From the NCBI RefSeq assembly GCF_020745735.1, contig NW_026867487.1, positions 4,543,239-4,607,238 on the forward strand: DNA of 64,000 nucleotides, read 5' to 3'. Each line of letters opens with the position of its first letter. The stretch's first letter is position 1. Made by a program: the position numbers and the translations under genes. Below, piece by piece: positions 38,735 to 50,168 of this stretch. The notes beneath the pieces were generated by a model. It was given only the letters and a program-made list of their open reading frames with translations. It was not told the origin of the DNA and made no database searches. The DNA comes from Hemiscyllium ocellatum (taxonomy: Eukaryota).

Positions 38735-40165
38735 GACCGCTGGTGGAGGTATTCGTTGACATCTTCAAACTCTCCTTCCCACATGCTGAAATCATCACCT
38801 GTTTCAAAAAGACCGCCATCGTTCCAGTAACTAAGAAAGAATGCAATGTACATTAATGACCACTGCCTAGTGGCTTTGACCCCATAATCCTGAACGGCTT
38901 TGAGAGGCTGGTCACAGCCCAGATCAACTATCATCTCCTAACCTGCCTCAATCCCTTGCAACTTGCCTACCAGTGTAACAGGTCCAAAGCAGACACCATT
39001 TCCCTAACCCTGAACTCATCCCTGGAACATCTGGATGACAAGGACACTTATATTAAACTCCTGCTCATTGACTACAGCTCCACCTTCAACACTATTATCC
39101 TCTCCAGACTGATTTCAAATTTCTGAGACCTAGGTCTCAGCTGTAGCTCTGCAATCAGATTCTCAGATTCCTGACCCATAGACCATAGTAAAGATAGACA
39201 ACTGCAACTCCTCCACAATAACACCCAACACTGGTACCTACACCCCCCACCTGAATCACCCCAAGGATATGTTCTCAGTCCCCTAACATACTCCCTGTAC
39301 ATCCATGGCCTGGTTACAAAATTCTGAAAAAACGCCATCTACAAGTTTCCTGACAACACCACCGTGGTAGGACGGATATCAAATAACGATGAGTCAGAAT
39401 AGGGGGCTTGGTGATGTAGTGAAATGATAACCTCTTTTTCAATGTCCGCACAACAAAAGAACTGATCATTGACTTCAGAAAGAACATAGGAGAACATGCA
39501 TCTGTCTACATCAATCGAACAGACGTTGAAAGTGTTGAGAGCATTGAGTTCCTAGGTGTAACGATAACTGACAACCTGACCTGGACATTGTAGGTCGACG
39601 GTCAAGAAGGCACAACAATGCCTCTTCTTCCTCAGGCAGCTCAGGAAATTTGGCATGACCACCAATCTTTACAGCTGCACCATAGAGAGCATGTCAACCG
39701 GATGCAAAACGGTTTGGTGTGGCAACTGCTCATCCTAGGACAGTTGGACACTGTAGAAGGTTGTGTGCACACCCCAGACCATCACAGAAGCAAACCTCCC
39801 ATCCATGGACTCCGTTTACATCTCTCGTTGCCGCAGGAAGGCTGACAACATCATTCAAGATCCCTCTCACCCCAGTAATGCTCTCCTAAAACCTCTTCTG
39901 TCAGGTAGAAAATACAGAAGCTTGAATGCAAGTACCAGCAAGTTCAAGAACAACTTCTTCAACGCTGTTATCAAACTGATGAATGGACTTTATTATTTCA
40001 AATTAGGTCGATCTTGTTAATGTTGATCTTGCCTCATGCACGTCCTATATATCTGGTATTGTCTGAATGCGTCACTCTGTCCAACCATTTTTTTAACGGA
40101 ATGAACTGTACTGCTTGCAAACAAAGCTTTTCACTGTACGTCGGTACAAGTGACAATAAATCAAA
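38735..40165 (+). mobile_element. Rex1/Babar-like LINE RT remnant
   Basis: FKKTAIVPVTKK, gactacagctccaccttcaacact (DYSSxFNT), DPSHPSNALLKPLLSGRKYRS. Confidence 0.8.
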
Positions 40166-40649
40166 TAGTCATCTTCTTTGTTTTTTGGCATTTATATTCT
40201 GCGTTGTGGTTGATTATTCTGTATTTTAAGATGGCACTGGAGAGTGGCGATATTATACAATGCTTTTCACTGCATTTTGTAACAAAATACATGCTCCAGC
40301 AAATCTAATTTAATGAAGAGATACAGATTTCTAGCTAGTAATGGATTGAAGGATTACAGAAAATGGGCAGGAAAGTCCAGTTGAGGCTGAGTTAAAATGA
40401 ATCATCATCGTATTAAATGGTGGAATAGCTCGAGGGGCTAATTTGTCTCCTCCTGCTTCCACTTCTTACAGTAACTGAGTGTGATTCTGAATGCAAAAGC
40501 CTGCATCTACACTGAAGGAGATTTGGGGAAAAGCTGAAAGATAGTCAGGTGAATTAGCATCCCAAACTTAGATAAGGGTGGAGTGTGTGGAAGATAGTGA
40601 TATATACTGCCAGACTGAAAAGTATAATTACAGCATCCAGAGCAATTTC

Positions 40650-42530
40650 TTCTCAATGTCTGTCCTGTACTTACAATGATGCATTTTGGAAAACCCTATC
40701 TTTCACATAAACAGTCACTGGGGTTCGCGGATGACTTTCTTGCCCTCCAGCGCCGTGGATGCTGAAGTGATTCAACACTTCAGTATTGGATCCACAATCC
40801 CTGCCATTGGTGGGGGCAGGTGGTATTAGCTGAGATGAGTTGGTTGGATGCAAGCATTTTCATGGGCTCTGGTTAATGTTCATTATTGCTCTGGGATTAG
40901 CAGACATGCACAAAACGGTTGGCTTTTCATAAACGTTTCTCCAAATTAAATGCCATTGACCGAGAGATTGTCCTGAGTCGATGAGAATATTGCTTCTTTT
41001 TGACAAAAATCTGAAGAAGGTCTTGAGCCGTTTCTTCTGCCTTCCTGGATAATTCTTGCTGTGATCATGCAAATCCACATTATAGAGCTTGGTTTGGAAA
41101 TCCTGTGCTGGAAAAGCGCAGCAGGTCAGGCAGCATCCGAGGAGCAGGAGAATCGACGTTTCAGGCACAAGCCCTTCTTCAGGAATGAAGCTGGTGTGCC
41201 AAGCGGGCTGAGATAAAAGGTGGGGGAGGGGTGCTGGGAATACGATAGGTGGAAGGAGGTTAGGGTGATAGTGTGATCCGGGGGTTAGGATTGAGATTAG
41301 GTGAGGGGGAGGGGAAATGAGGAAGCTCGAGAAATCTACGTTCATCCCGTGTGGTTGGAGGGTTCCTAGGCGGAAGGTGAGGCACTCTTCCTCCAGGCGT
41401 CGTGTGGCCAGGGTCTGGCGATGGAGGAGGCCAAGGACCTGCATGTCCTTGGCGGAGTGGGAGGGGGAGTTAAAGTGTTCAGCCACGGGGCAGTTGGGTT
41501 GGTTGGTGTGGGTTCCCAGAGGTGTTCCCTGAAAATTCCGCAAGTAGCCTACTTGCGGAACGTTTCAGGGATGCCTACTTGTGGAACGTTTCAGGGAATA
41601 TCTCTGGGACACCCGGACCAACCAACCCAACCACCCCGTGGCTCAACACTTCAACTCCCCCTCCCACTCCGCCAAGGGCATGCAGGTCCTTGGCCTCCTC
41701 CATCGTCAGACCCTGGCCACACGACGCCTGGAGGAAGAGTGCCTCATCTTCTGCCTAGGAACCCTCCAACCACACAGGATGAATGTAGATTTCTTTAGCT
41801 CCTTCATTTCCCCTCCCCCCACTTTATCTCAGTCCCAATCCCCGGATTCAGCACCGCCCTCTTGACCTACAATCTTCTTCCCGACCTCTCCGCCCCCACC
41901 CCCTCTCCGGCCTATTACCCTCATCGTCACCTCCTTCCACCTATCGTATTCCCCCACTCCCCCCTCCCCCCCCCCCCCCCCCAACCTTTTATCTCAGCCC
42001 GCTTGGCACACCAGCCTCATTCCTGAAGAAGGGCTTATGCCCGAAAGTGCTCCTCGGATGCTGCCGGGCCTGCTGCGCTTTTCCAGCACCACATTTTTCA
42101 ACTCTGGTCTCCAGTATCTGCAGTCCTCACTTTCTCCTTGGAAATCCTGTGTCAGGCTTATGAATGACATGACCTGCCAATGCAACTGACTGATCACAGC
42201 CAGTGTCTTGATACTGGGGACGTTGGCCTGAGAGAGTGAATCTACATTGGAGAGCCTGTCATCACAGTGGATTTGCAGAGGCGCCATTGTTGATATCACT
42301 CATTAGTTGCACAATATGTCTCTTTACAGAGATAAACTATTGATATAGAAAATAACAGTGGTTTTCTATATCAGACCCGCAAAAACATAAAAGGTCTCTG
42401 AAAATATCAGACTCAATAAGACTTGAAATCTACACGTTAAAACCACTGACATTGTGTTCATGTGTTAATCCGCAGACCTTGTCTGCCCTCTCAGGATGCA
42501 GTCAAATTTCCATGAAGTTCATGTTATCAC
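40650..42530 (-). mobile_element. RTE-clade LINE 3' remnant, split by a Penelope insertion
   Basis: Minus strand LQIH.D..SN..LSQANVPSI..QL.W and YPGRQKKRLK. Confidence 0.65.
41108..42137. mobile_element. Penelope-like fold-back (endonuclease C-terminus and 3' end on both arms)
   Basis: PVAxHFNSPSHS..RRLEEE.L.F.LGTLQP on both strands; 14-bp TSD ttggaaatcctgtg at 41094-41107 and 42138-42151; hammerhead core on - at ~41151-41186. Confidence 0.9.
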
Positions 42531-42536
42531 CATTAT

Positions 42537-42838
42537 GGGCAGCACGGTGGCGCAGTGGTTAGCACTGCTGCACCAGAGTCCCGGGTTCAATTCCCGCCTC
42601 AGGCGACTGATTGTGTGGAGTTTGCACATTCTCCCTGAGTCTGCGTGGATTTCCTCCGGGTGTTCTGGTTTCCTCCCACAATCCAAGGATGTGCACGTTA
42701 GGTGAATTGGCCATGCTAAATTGCTCGTAGTGTTAGGTAAAGGGGTAAATGTAGGGAAACGGTTGGGTGACGCTTCAGCGGGTCGGTGTGGACTTGTTGG
42801 GCCGAAGGGCCTGTTTCCACACTGTAAGTAATCAAATT
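42537..42838 (+). mobile_element. HE1-type V-SINE
   Basis: Same consensus as 56360-56662. Confidence 0.9.
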
Positions 42839-44102
42839 AAAAAAAACCTTAGCCACTCGATGATGACACAGTCCCAATGCCCACACTGCTGTTGCCAAGG
42901 TAAGTACAGAATGGGTAATGCACAGGCACAATGCTGAACAATGTCTGGAGCATGTACAGAATGAGTGAGAGCGAGGGACACAGAGTGAGACATGGGTGCA
43001 GAAAGAGGTCATTCAGTCCACCAGTTCTCCTCCCATCTAATGAGAGCACGCTGATCTGAAAATCCTCAAATCTATCTGAAGAGGTTGTACCATTCTGTTT
43101 GCTTTGGCTCTGTTTTTTTGGGTTGAATTAGCTTTATCATCACATGCGCTCACTGACATGAATACAGTGAAAAGTTTACAAGCTGTCACCGACGGCACCA
43201 TCAGAGATATAAATGTACTTAGGCACAGATTCTTGGTGCAAAGTGAAAAAACAAAAAAAGAAAATTAAGAAGTTAGACAAAAAAGTGCTTCTTACTAAAA
43301 CATAGAAAAACAACAAATAAGCACAGTTAATAGTTCAACATCATATGCGTCTAGCCATACTGGGCTTGCACTCCTCACAAGGGGTCAACCTTGCCCCAAT
43401 CGTTGCCTTGGGCAGCCTGCTCCAACTCTTGCCACCTCGAGCTACCCGTTCCCACCCTCACCGCTGACCCCCGAGGCTGCCGACTCCCACTTTCCCTGTC
43501 TCGGGCTGCCTGTCCCCACTCTCCCATCATTTGCGACGACTGCTGTCCACGTTGGAGACCTCTCCTGCCATCATGTTCAGACTGCCCTCTTCACACTGTC
43601 TTGATCACTTCCAAGATACCTCCTCTGTGCTGCAAAATAGATTAAGGAGAAAAAAAAGTGAAAGGATAGCAATAAAAGTGAAAGAAATGAAAGTAAAAAA
43701 TAAAAATGGACAGAGCAGACGGAGCCACATGTGAGCAGGCACCCACTTTCTGCCAATCTGCCATCTTATGATCTTTCTCTCCACAGAAGGTACCAGGCCT
43801 GCTGAGTTTTGATAGTGCTCTGTGTTCATTTCACATTTGGAGGTTCCCCATAATTTTGCCTTTAATCAACTCCTTTAAAATACCTGTCTCACCGCGAATG
43901 GCGGTCTCATTGAAGTACGTAAGATTCGTAAGAAGCATAATGGGATAACTGCTGAAAGGCTGTTTCCCTTCATGGGAGATTCTACAAGCTGAAGAGGCAG
44001 AGTCTTAGAAGAAATGGACGCCGATTTAAGTCTGAGATGAGGAGGAATTTCTTCTCTCAGAGAGTTCTGAGTCTTTGGAACTCCTTGCCACAACGAGCTG
44101 CG

Positions 44103-44341
44103 AAACAAAATCACTGCAGATGCTGGAATCCAAAGTAGACAGGCAGGAGATTGGAAGAATACAGCAAGATAGACGGCATCAGGAGGTGGACAAGTCAACG
44201 TTTCAGGTGTAAGGCGGCTAACTTATTCAGAGTGGGCACCTTTTGAACAGGCTGTGCACTGGAACACCCAAAACGTCGACTTGTCCACCTCCTGATGCTG
44301 CCTGGCTAGCTGTGTTCTTCCAGCCTCCTGTCTGCCTACAC
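44103..44341. mobile_element. Penelope-derived fold-back inside a CR1 3' fragment
   Basis: gcatcaggaggtggacaagtcaacgttt mirrored by aaacgtcgacttgtccacctcctgatgc. Confidence 0.75.
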
Positions 44342-44443
44342 TCAGCAGTGAGGGCAGAGTCTTTGTGTACTTTAAGGCTGAGATGGATGGAGTCTTGGTC
44401 AGTCGGGAATCAAAGGTTGCAGGAACAGGACAGGAAAGTGGAC

Positions 44444-45072
44444 ATGCCTTGAAGAAGTTTTCCTCCTCACTCTACAAGGATCTCGGGGAGTCCCTCTCCC
44501 ACTGCAACTCCCAGGTCATTTCACCTTCATCCGCTCCCCCACTCACCTATTGTACTCTATGCTACTTTCTCCCCACCCCCACCCTTCCCTAGCTTATCTC
44601 TCCACGCTTCAGGCTCTCTGCCTTTATTCCTGATGAAGGGCTTTTGCCCGAAACTTCGATTTCGCTGCTCCTCGGATGCTGCCTGAACTGCTGTGCTCTT
44701 CCAGCACCACTAATCCAGAAGCTGGTTTCCAGCATCTGCAGTCATTGTTTTTACCTTGTTGATTTTAACCCTACTGCGAATCCTCTTGCAAGGATGCCTG
44801 CCTTGAAGAAGTTTTCCTCCTCTCTCTACAAGGATCTCAGGGAGTCCCTCTCCCACTGCAACTCCCAGGTCATTTCACCTTCAACCCCTCCCGCACTCCC
44901 TATTATACTCTATGCTACTTTCTCCCCACCCCCACCCTTCCCTAGCTTATCTCTCCACGCTTCAGGCTCTCTGCCTTTATTCCTGATGAAGGGCTTTTGC
45001 CCGAAACATCGATTTTACTGCTCCTCGGATGCTGCCTGAACTGCTGTGCTCTTCCAGCACCACTAGCCCAGA
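44444..45072 (+). mobile_element. Head-to-tail ~354 bp Penelope-derived repeat, 1.8 copies, one hammerhead per unit
   Basis: ccttgaagaagttttcctcc at 44447 and 44801; CTGATGAagggcttttgcccGAAAC at 44630 and 44983. Confidence 0.85.
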
Positions 45073-45404
45073 ATGAGGAATATCTGATCAGTCATGATAT
45101 TATTGAACAGAGGAGCATGCTCAATGGGCTGAACAGCATCACCCTGTTCCTATTTATGATGGTCATATTGAACCACCTCACCCTGACAAACTTTGCAGGC
45201 ATGCACTTCACACAATCACTGCCCTTTGAGGGACCAAATTCCTCATTTCTGTCTGAGAGATATCAAGTTGAAGCAGAAACCAGAGAGTGGGGTTTGGGCA
45301 GGGAATCAAGTTCCCAGTTTGATTTGCAGCTCCGGGTCCTCACTCCAGCTCCCTCCGTCTCACCATTGACTGCACATGCTCAGACCATCATGGGATTGAA
45401 GATG

Positions 45405-46735
45405 ACAAAGTTACAAAAAAAAAATCACACAACATCTCGTTATAGTCCAACAGGTTTACTTCGAAATATTAGCTTTCGGAGCACTGATCCTTCCTCAGGT
45501 GGTTCTGAAGCAGGACCCAAAGACAAAGAATTTATAGTGAAAAATTCGTGACATGCAAACAAAATAGTATACTTAACAAACCTAGATTGTTGTTAAATCT
45601 TTCATATTTTAGAATGGGTTCCAGGTTTTTGTTCATTAATATGTAAATCCCAAAAATTCTTTTAAGTCACATTCTCAAGATAAGTTAAGGTTTCATAAGA
45701 TATGGTGACATCAGCTCAGACGATGCATGAAAGGTGTGAGGTCAGAGTCTATCTGTATCCCAATATTGAGTCAGACTGGTTCTATTTCCAAAGTGGAATT
45801 TACAAAATACTTTACAGATTGACGGTCTGCATTGACTGCCCTTAGGTTGTGCATTGTTTGAGCAAAATAGAATGTATCTTTAAATATAATTCTGCAAATA
45901 CAAATTCACCCCACAGACTTATATGTGTGTGTGCATACAGGAGAGACAGAGAGAGAGAATTTGAAGGTGTGCATGTGAGCATTTGAATGCAAATGCACAT
46001 GAGAGGGGGTATGTTTACTTGTGTGCAAGTTTGGTAAAGTGTGTGTGTGTGACGGGTTATAAGCCTGTGAGAAGGTGGGTGAATGTGTCTGTGTGAGAGA
46101 GCGTGTGTATGACAAAGGGTCTGCATGAGTGAGTGCATATGTGTAAGAGAGATAGTGTACAATGTAGTGGGTTCACCTGTAGTATGACAAGAACCCAAGG
46201 TCCTTAGATTCCCTACAGTGTGGAAACATGCCCTTTGGCCCAACCAGTCCACACTGACCCTCCAAAGAGCAACCCACTCAGACCCATTTCCCCTCTGACT
46301 AATGGACCTAACACTATGGGCAATTTAAAATGACCAATTCACCTAACCTGCACATCTTTGGACTGTGGGAGGAAACAGGAGCAAATCCATGCAGACACAG
46401 GGAGAATGTGCAAACTCCACACAGGCAGTTACCGAGGCTGGAATCGAACCTGGGACCCTAGTGCTGTGCGACTGCAGTGCTAACCACTGTGTCACCGTGC
46501 CGTCTTGGTTGAGGCCAGCCTCAAGGGTACTGACCTTGGTTATCATCCTCTGTTTGGCCACTTTGCATTGTTGCCTGTCCCCAGGTCCGCCCTGGAGGAT
46601 GGCCACCTGATGATCCGAAGGCGAATGTCCTTGACCCACTGATGCGTTCCGCAAAATGGGAGGGCACACCCCTGTCTGGTGATTGTTGTGCGGTGTCCTT
46701 CCATCCACCCTCATGGCACCTGCTTGGTTGGCTTG
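45405..46735 (-). mobile_element. Penelope-like element 3' part (second family), interrupted by a SINE
   Basis: GHSPSD..ILQGG..AKQRMI....GLNQD endonuclease C-terminus; minus hammerhead CTGAGGAaggatcagtgctccGAAAGCTA near 45470-45498. Confidence 0.75.
46204..46502 (-). mobile_element. HE1-type V-SINE
   Basis: Reverse complement of the consensus. Confidence 0.88.
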
Positions 46736-46775
46736 AGTTACTTTGTTATCTTGAGAATGTGACTTAAACAAAGTT

Positions 46776-47084
46776 TAGATTAGATTAGATAACTTGCAGT
46801 GTGGAAACAGGCCCTTCGGCCCAACAAGTCCACACTGACCCGCCTAACCGCAACCCACCCATACCCCTACATATTACCCCTTATCTAACACTAGGGCAAT
46901 TTAGCATGGCCAATTCACTTGACCTGCACATCTTTGGACTGTGGGAGGAAACCGGAGCACCCGGAGAAAACCCACGCAGACACAGGGAGAACGTGCAAAC
47001 TCCACACAGTCAGTCATCTGAGTCGGGAATTGAACCCGGGGTCTCTGGCGCTGTGAGGCAGCAGTGCTAACCACCGTGCCGCCC
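46776..47084 (-). mobile_element. HE1-type V-SINE
   Basis: Reverse complement of the consensus with (ttaga)n tail. Confidence 0.9.
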
Positions 47085-47212
47085 ACTTTTAAAACCATTT
47101 TAAAAGATTTAAGAACTTAACAACAATCCAGGTTTGTTAAATACATTGTTTTAATTGCATGACACTGTGATGGTCTGCTATAAGTTCTGTGTCCTATGAT
47201 CCTTTTTCACTG

Positions 47213-47757
47213 TGTGAGAAACAAAGCTCACTCACTTGCAATAATTTCAGTCCGAGGCAAGATCTGAATCAGTAGTGCCCTTTATTTCACACTTGCAAGT
47301 GGGTGTGATGTCCACAAGGCAGGGACAAAACACACTGAATTCAACAAATACTCAATGTTTATATAATTTGGTTCCCAATATTTATTTCTTATTTCATTGT
47401 TTGCCACCCGTTTACATCCACCACTTCCCTAAGACCGGTACCCATTACTCCTGTTTATCTCGTGTCTTATCCGGTCTTGTCTGTGAAAAAAAATGCTCAT
47501 TCCTGTTCTCAAGGCCATTTGACCTCATCCTGCTGTGGGCACATCCTTGCCTTTTCACAGCATCTTATCACTAAGCCCTTTTAATTGGGGTTTGTTCCTG
47601 TGTTTCTGTAAAAGCGGGAAACAGATGTTTACACCTATTGTTTATACAGGCATATTGAGTTTAACTGTCTGTCTTACAGTCCCATTTCTTTCTTGCATAC
47701 GCTTTTAGCTAATAACTAAGAATTGCAGAAGTAACCATTAATTTACCATATCCCACA
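47213..47757 (-). mobile_element. Solo LTR, 545 bp
   Basis: TGTGAGA...TCCCACA termini; 4-bp TSD actg at 47209-47212 and 47758-47761. It splits a Penelope 3' end that is contiguous at ~28520-28560. TATA-like and AATAAA signals in correct order on -. Confidence 0.75.
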
Positions 47758-47879
47758 ACTGGCTACTTGAGGAAGGTGCAGCGCTTCGAAAGCTAATGCT
47801 TCCAAATCCACCTGTTGGAGTGTAACCTGGTGTTGTGTGAAGTTCAACATTGTCCACCACCCCAGGACAATGCAGGCTT

Positions 47880-48330
47880 CCCCACGTCACTGAAGGCAAC
47901 CCCCAACCAACGGGAGCAGGGGAGGGCGGGCCTGGAGGACCGCGCGGACGCAGCAGGTCCTCCAGCCAATCGGAGCGAGCGAACCAACGGCTGGGCACGT
48001 GACCACCCGCCACGTCGCTGCCTCCCGTGCGCCAGCGGTCACGTCGCTTCAGCTGAGGTGTGGACTTGTGAGGGGGGGCCGAGTCGCCCCAAGGTGAGAA
48101 TGAGTCGAGAGCGACAGAGTTAGAATGGATTCGACAGATATGTAGACTGTGGGAAATCCTCCTGCTCGGGACGGGACGGGACGGGACGGGACGCTGGGGG
48201 TTACGGTTTGAAGCAGACCAGAAAATGGCGGCAGGCCTAAAGCGGGGCAGTGCCCGGTTGAGGGTGGCCATCTTTATTGGGGGAAAAGGACATCAGGGCG
48301 CATGCGTAGCGTTGCGTCACAAGTGGCTGG
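47880..48330 (+). promoter_or_regulatory. CpG promoter and probable non-coding exon 1 of ZNF-B
   Basis: GC box, CCAAT, cacgtg; AAG|gtgaga donor at 48094; YY1 aaaatggcggc (48222-48232); NRF1-like gcgcatgcgt. Confidence 0.7.
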
Positions 48331-48569
48331 GGGAAAGATGATCTGCCCACAGTGAATTCAAACCCAGAGAAATGTTTGTTTATTCACAATTTCTATCCAA
48401 ATTTTGCAGTGCTCTGATGACTTTACATTTTTTTTCTGATGATTTGCTAGCAGTAAAAACGCAATAGGCCCCAATTTGGAGCAGCATGAGGAGGAAAGTT
48501 CACAAGTGGGTGGAAGAAGAATAAACAATAATTCCAATAATTTGGGGGGGAGGTGGGAAATAATTGAGT

Positions 48570-49670
48570 GATAATGTTACAGAAACAGGGCCTTCGGTCC
48601 AACTCGCTTGTGACCTCAATATGTTGTAAATTAACCCAGACAGATTGTCCAGCATTTGATCACCGACGGTGTTCCCAAACTAACTTTTTAACTTGTAACT
48701 TTGTACACCCCAGTCCAATACCGGCATCTCCGAATCTTAAACTGGTTCCACCTGCCTGCCTTTGGTCCCTATTCGCGCACTTAAGTGAATACGTTTTAAA
48801 AGCTATAACTGTACCTGCTTCCACCAGATCCTCTGGCATTTAATTCCACACATGAATGACTTTGAAACTTGTTGCCCTCATTCCCTTTCTAAAACTTCCT
48901 CCTCTCACCTCAGAATTATGGCTCCTGGTTTTGAACTTCTCCATCCTCGGGTAAAGACCGTTGCTATTCATCTTGTCCATGCCCTTCAGGATTTTCTAAA
49001 CATCTATAAGGCCACTCCTAAAACGCCTAACTCCAGCGAAAAATGTCTCCGCCTACTTTTATAAATCAAACCCTCCAAACTCATGGGTGGCATGGTGGCA
49101 CAGTGGTTAGCACTGCTGCCTCACAGCACCAGAGACAAGGGTTCAATTCTCGCCTCTGGCGACTGACTGCAGTTTGCACATTCTCCCCGTGTCTGCGTTG
49201 GTGTGCTCCGGTTTCCTCCTACAGTCCAAAAATGTGCAAGTTAGGTGAATTGGCCATGCTAAATTACCACTGTTAGGTGAATGGGTAAATCTAAGGGAAT
49301 GGGTCTGGATGGGTTGCGCTTCGATGTGGACTTGTTGGGCCGAAGGGCCTGTTTCCACACTCTAAGTAGTCTAATCTAAACTCCATAACATCCTGGTAAA
49401 TCTTTTCTGAACCCTCTCCAATTTCATAATATTCTGCTGACAGCAGGATTACCAAAACTGCGTATTATAGAAGATGCCTCAACAACATCCTGTACAGCCT
49501 TAATTTGATGTCCCAACTCCTGTGTCCAGAGGTGTGAGCAATGAAGGCAAGTGTACTGAATGCCTTCTTAACTACCCTGTCGATATGTGACGCAAACTTC
49601 AAAGAATTGTGAACCATAACCCCTGTGTCTCCCACTATCTTTAATTGTGTAAGTCTTGCCCTTGTTTCAA
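48570..49670 (-). mobile_element. Decayed CR1 3' fragment, interrupted by a SINE
   Basis: Antisense HER1-like tail and RT C-terminus. Confidence 0.65.
49085..49378 (+). mobile_element. HE1-type V-SINE
   Basis: Consensus match. Confidence 0.88.
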
Positions 49671-50168
49671 TGAGTGTCTAACCTCTGGTAAGGAAGGAAA
49701 TGCTAGAAATGGGCAGAGAATATTCACCAACAACCACTGGACAAAACAAAAGAGGAAAAAGCACCCCATAGAAACTGGAACTGTCTGTTTTGATGTTCTA
49801 TTTCGTCACTGACTTTTGTCATCTTGTTTTCCAGGGGAAGCAATTGCACAGATTTGAAACTGTCGCAAAATGTCCTGTCAAGATTCAACAGAGTCATCAG
49901 TTCATCAGGATCTGAATATCGCCAGCCTTTGAGTATGTAAGGAGAAACATTTGTTCTGTCTTTTGGAGAAAAGAATACAAACATCGGTGCGACTGGAAAA
50001 GCACCAAGCAAGCGCGTCATAAGTGAGTGTTCCCAGTGTACAGACAGTGAAAGGAACTTCAATCATTCACACAGTTAAGAGATCACCATTCGAGCAGGGA
50101 GAGACTGTACATGTTTGGACAAGCTCCTAACAATCGTTCAGCTGAAGAGGTACAAATACATCCACACC

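Noticed and set aside
44644-45551. Recurring MPETSILLLLGCCL peptides that look like a secreted family
   Set aside because: Translations of the hammerhead-bearing repeat terminus, not genes.
47738-48271. 177-aa Pro/Arg-rich ORF (and 37255..37695)
   Set aside because: Open by chance in GC-rich promoter DNA with (gggac)n; no recognisable domain.
50115-50168. ORF-track start of ZNF-B
   Set aside because: It begins at a TTG; the first ATG, in good Kozak context, is at 50169.
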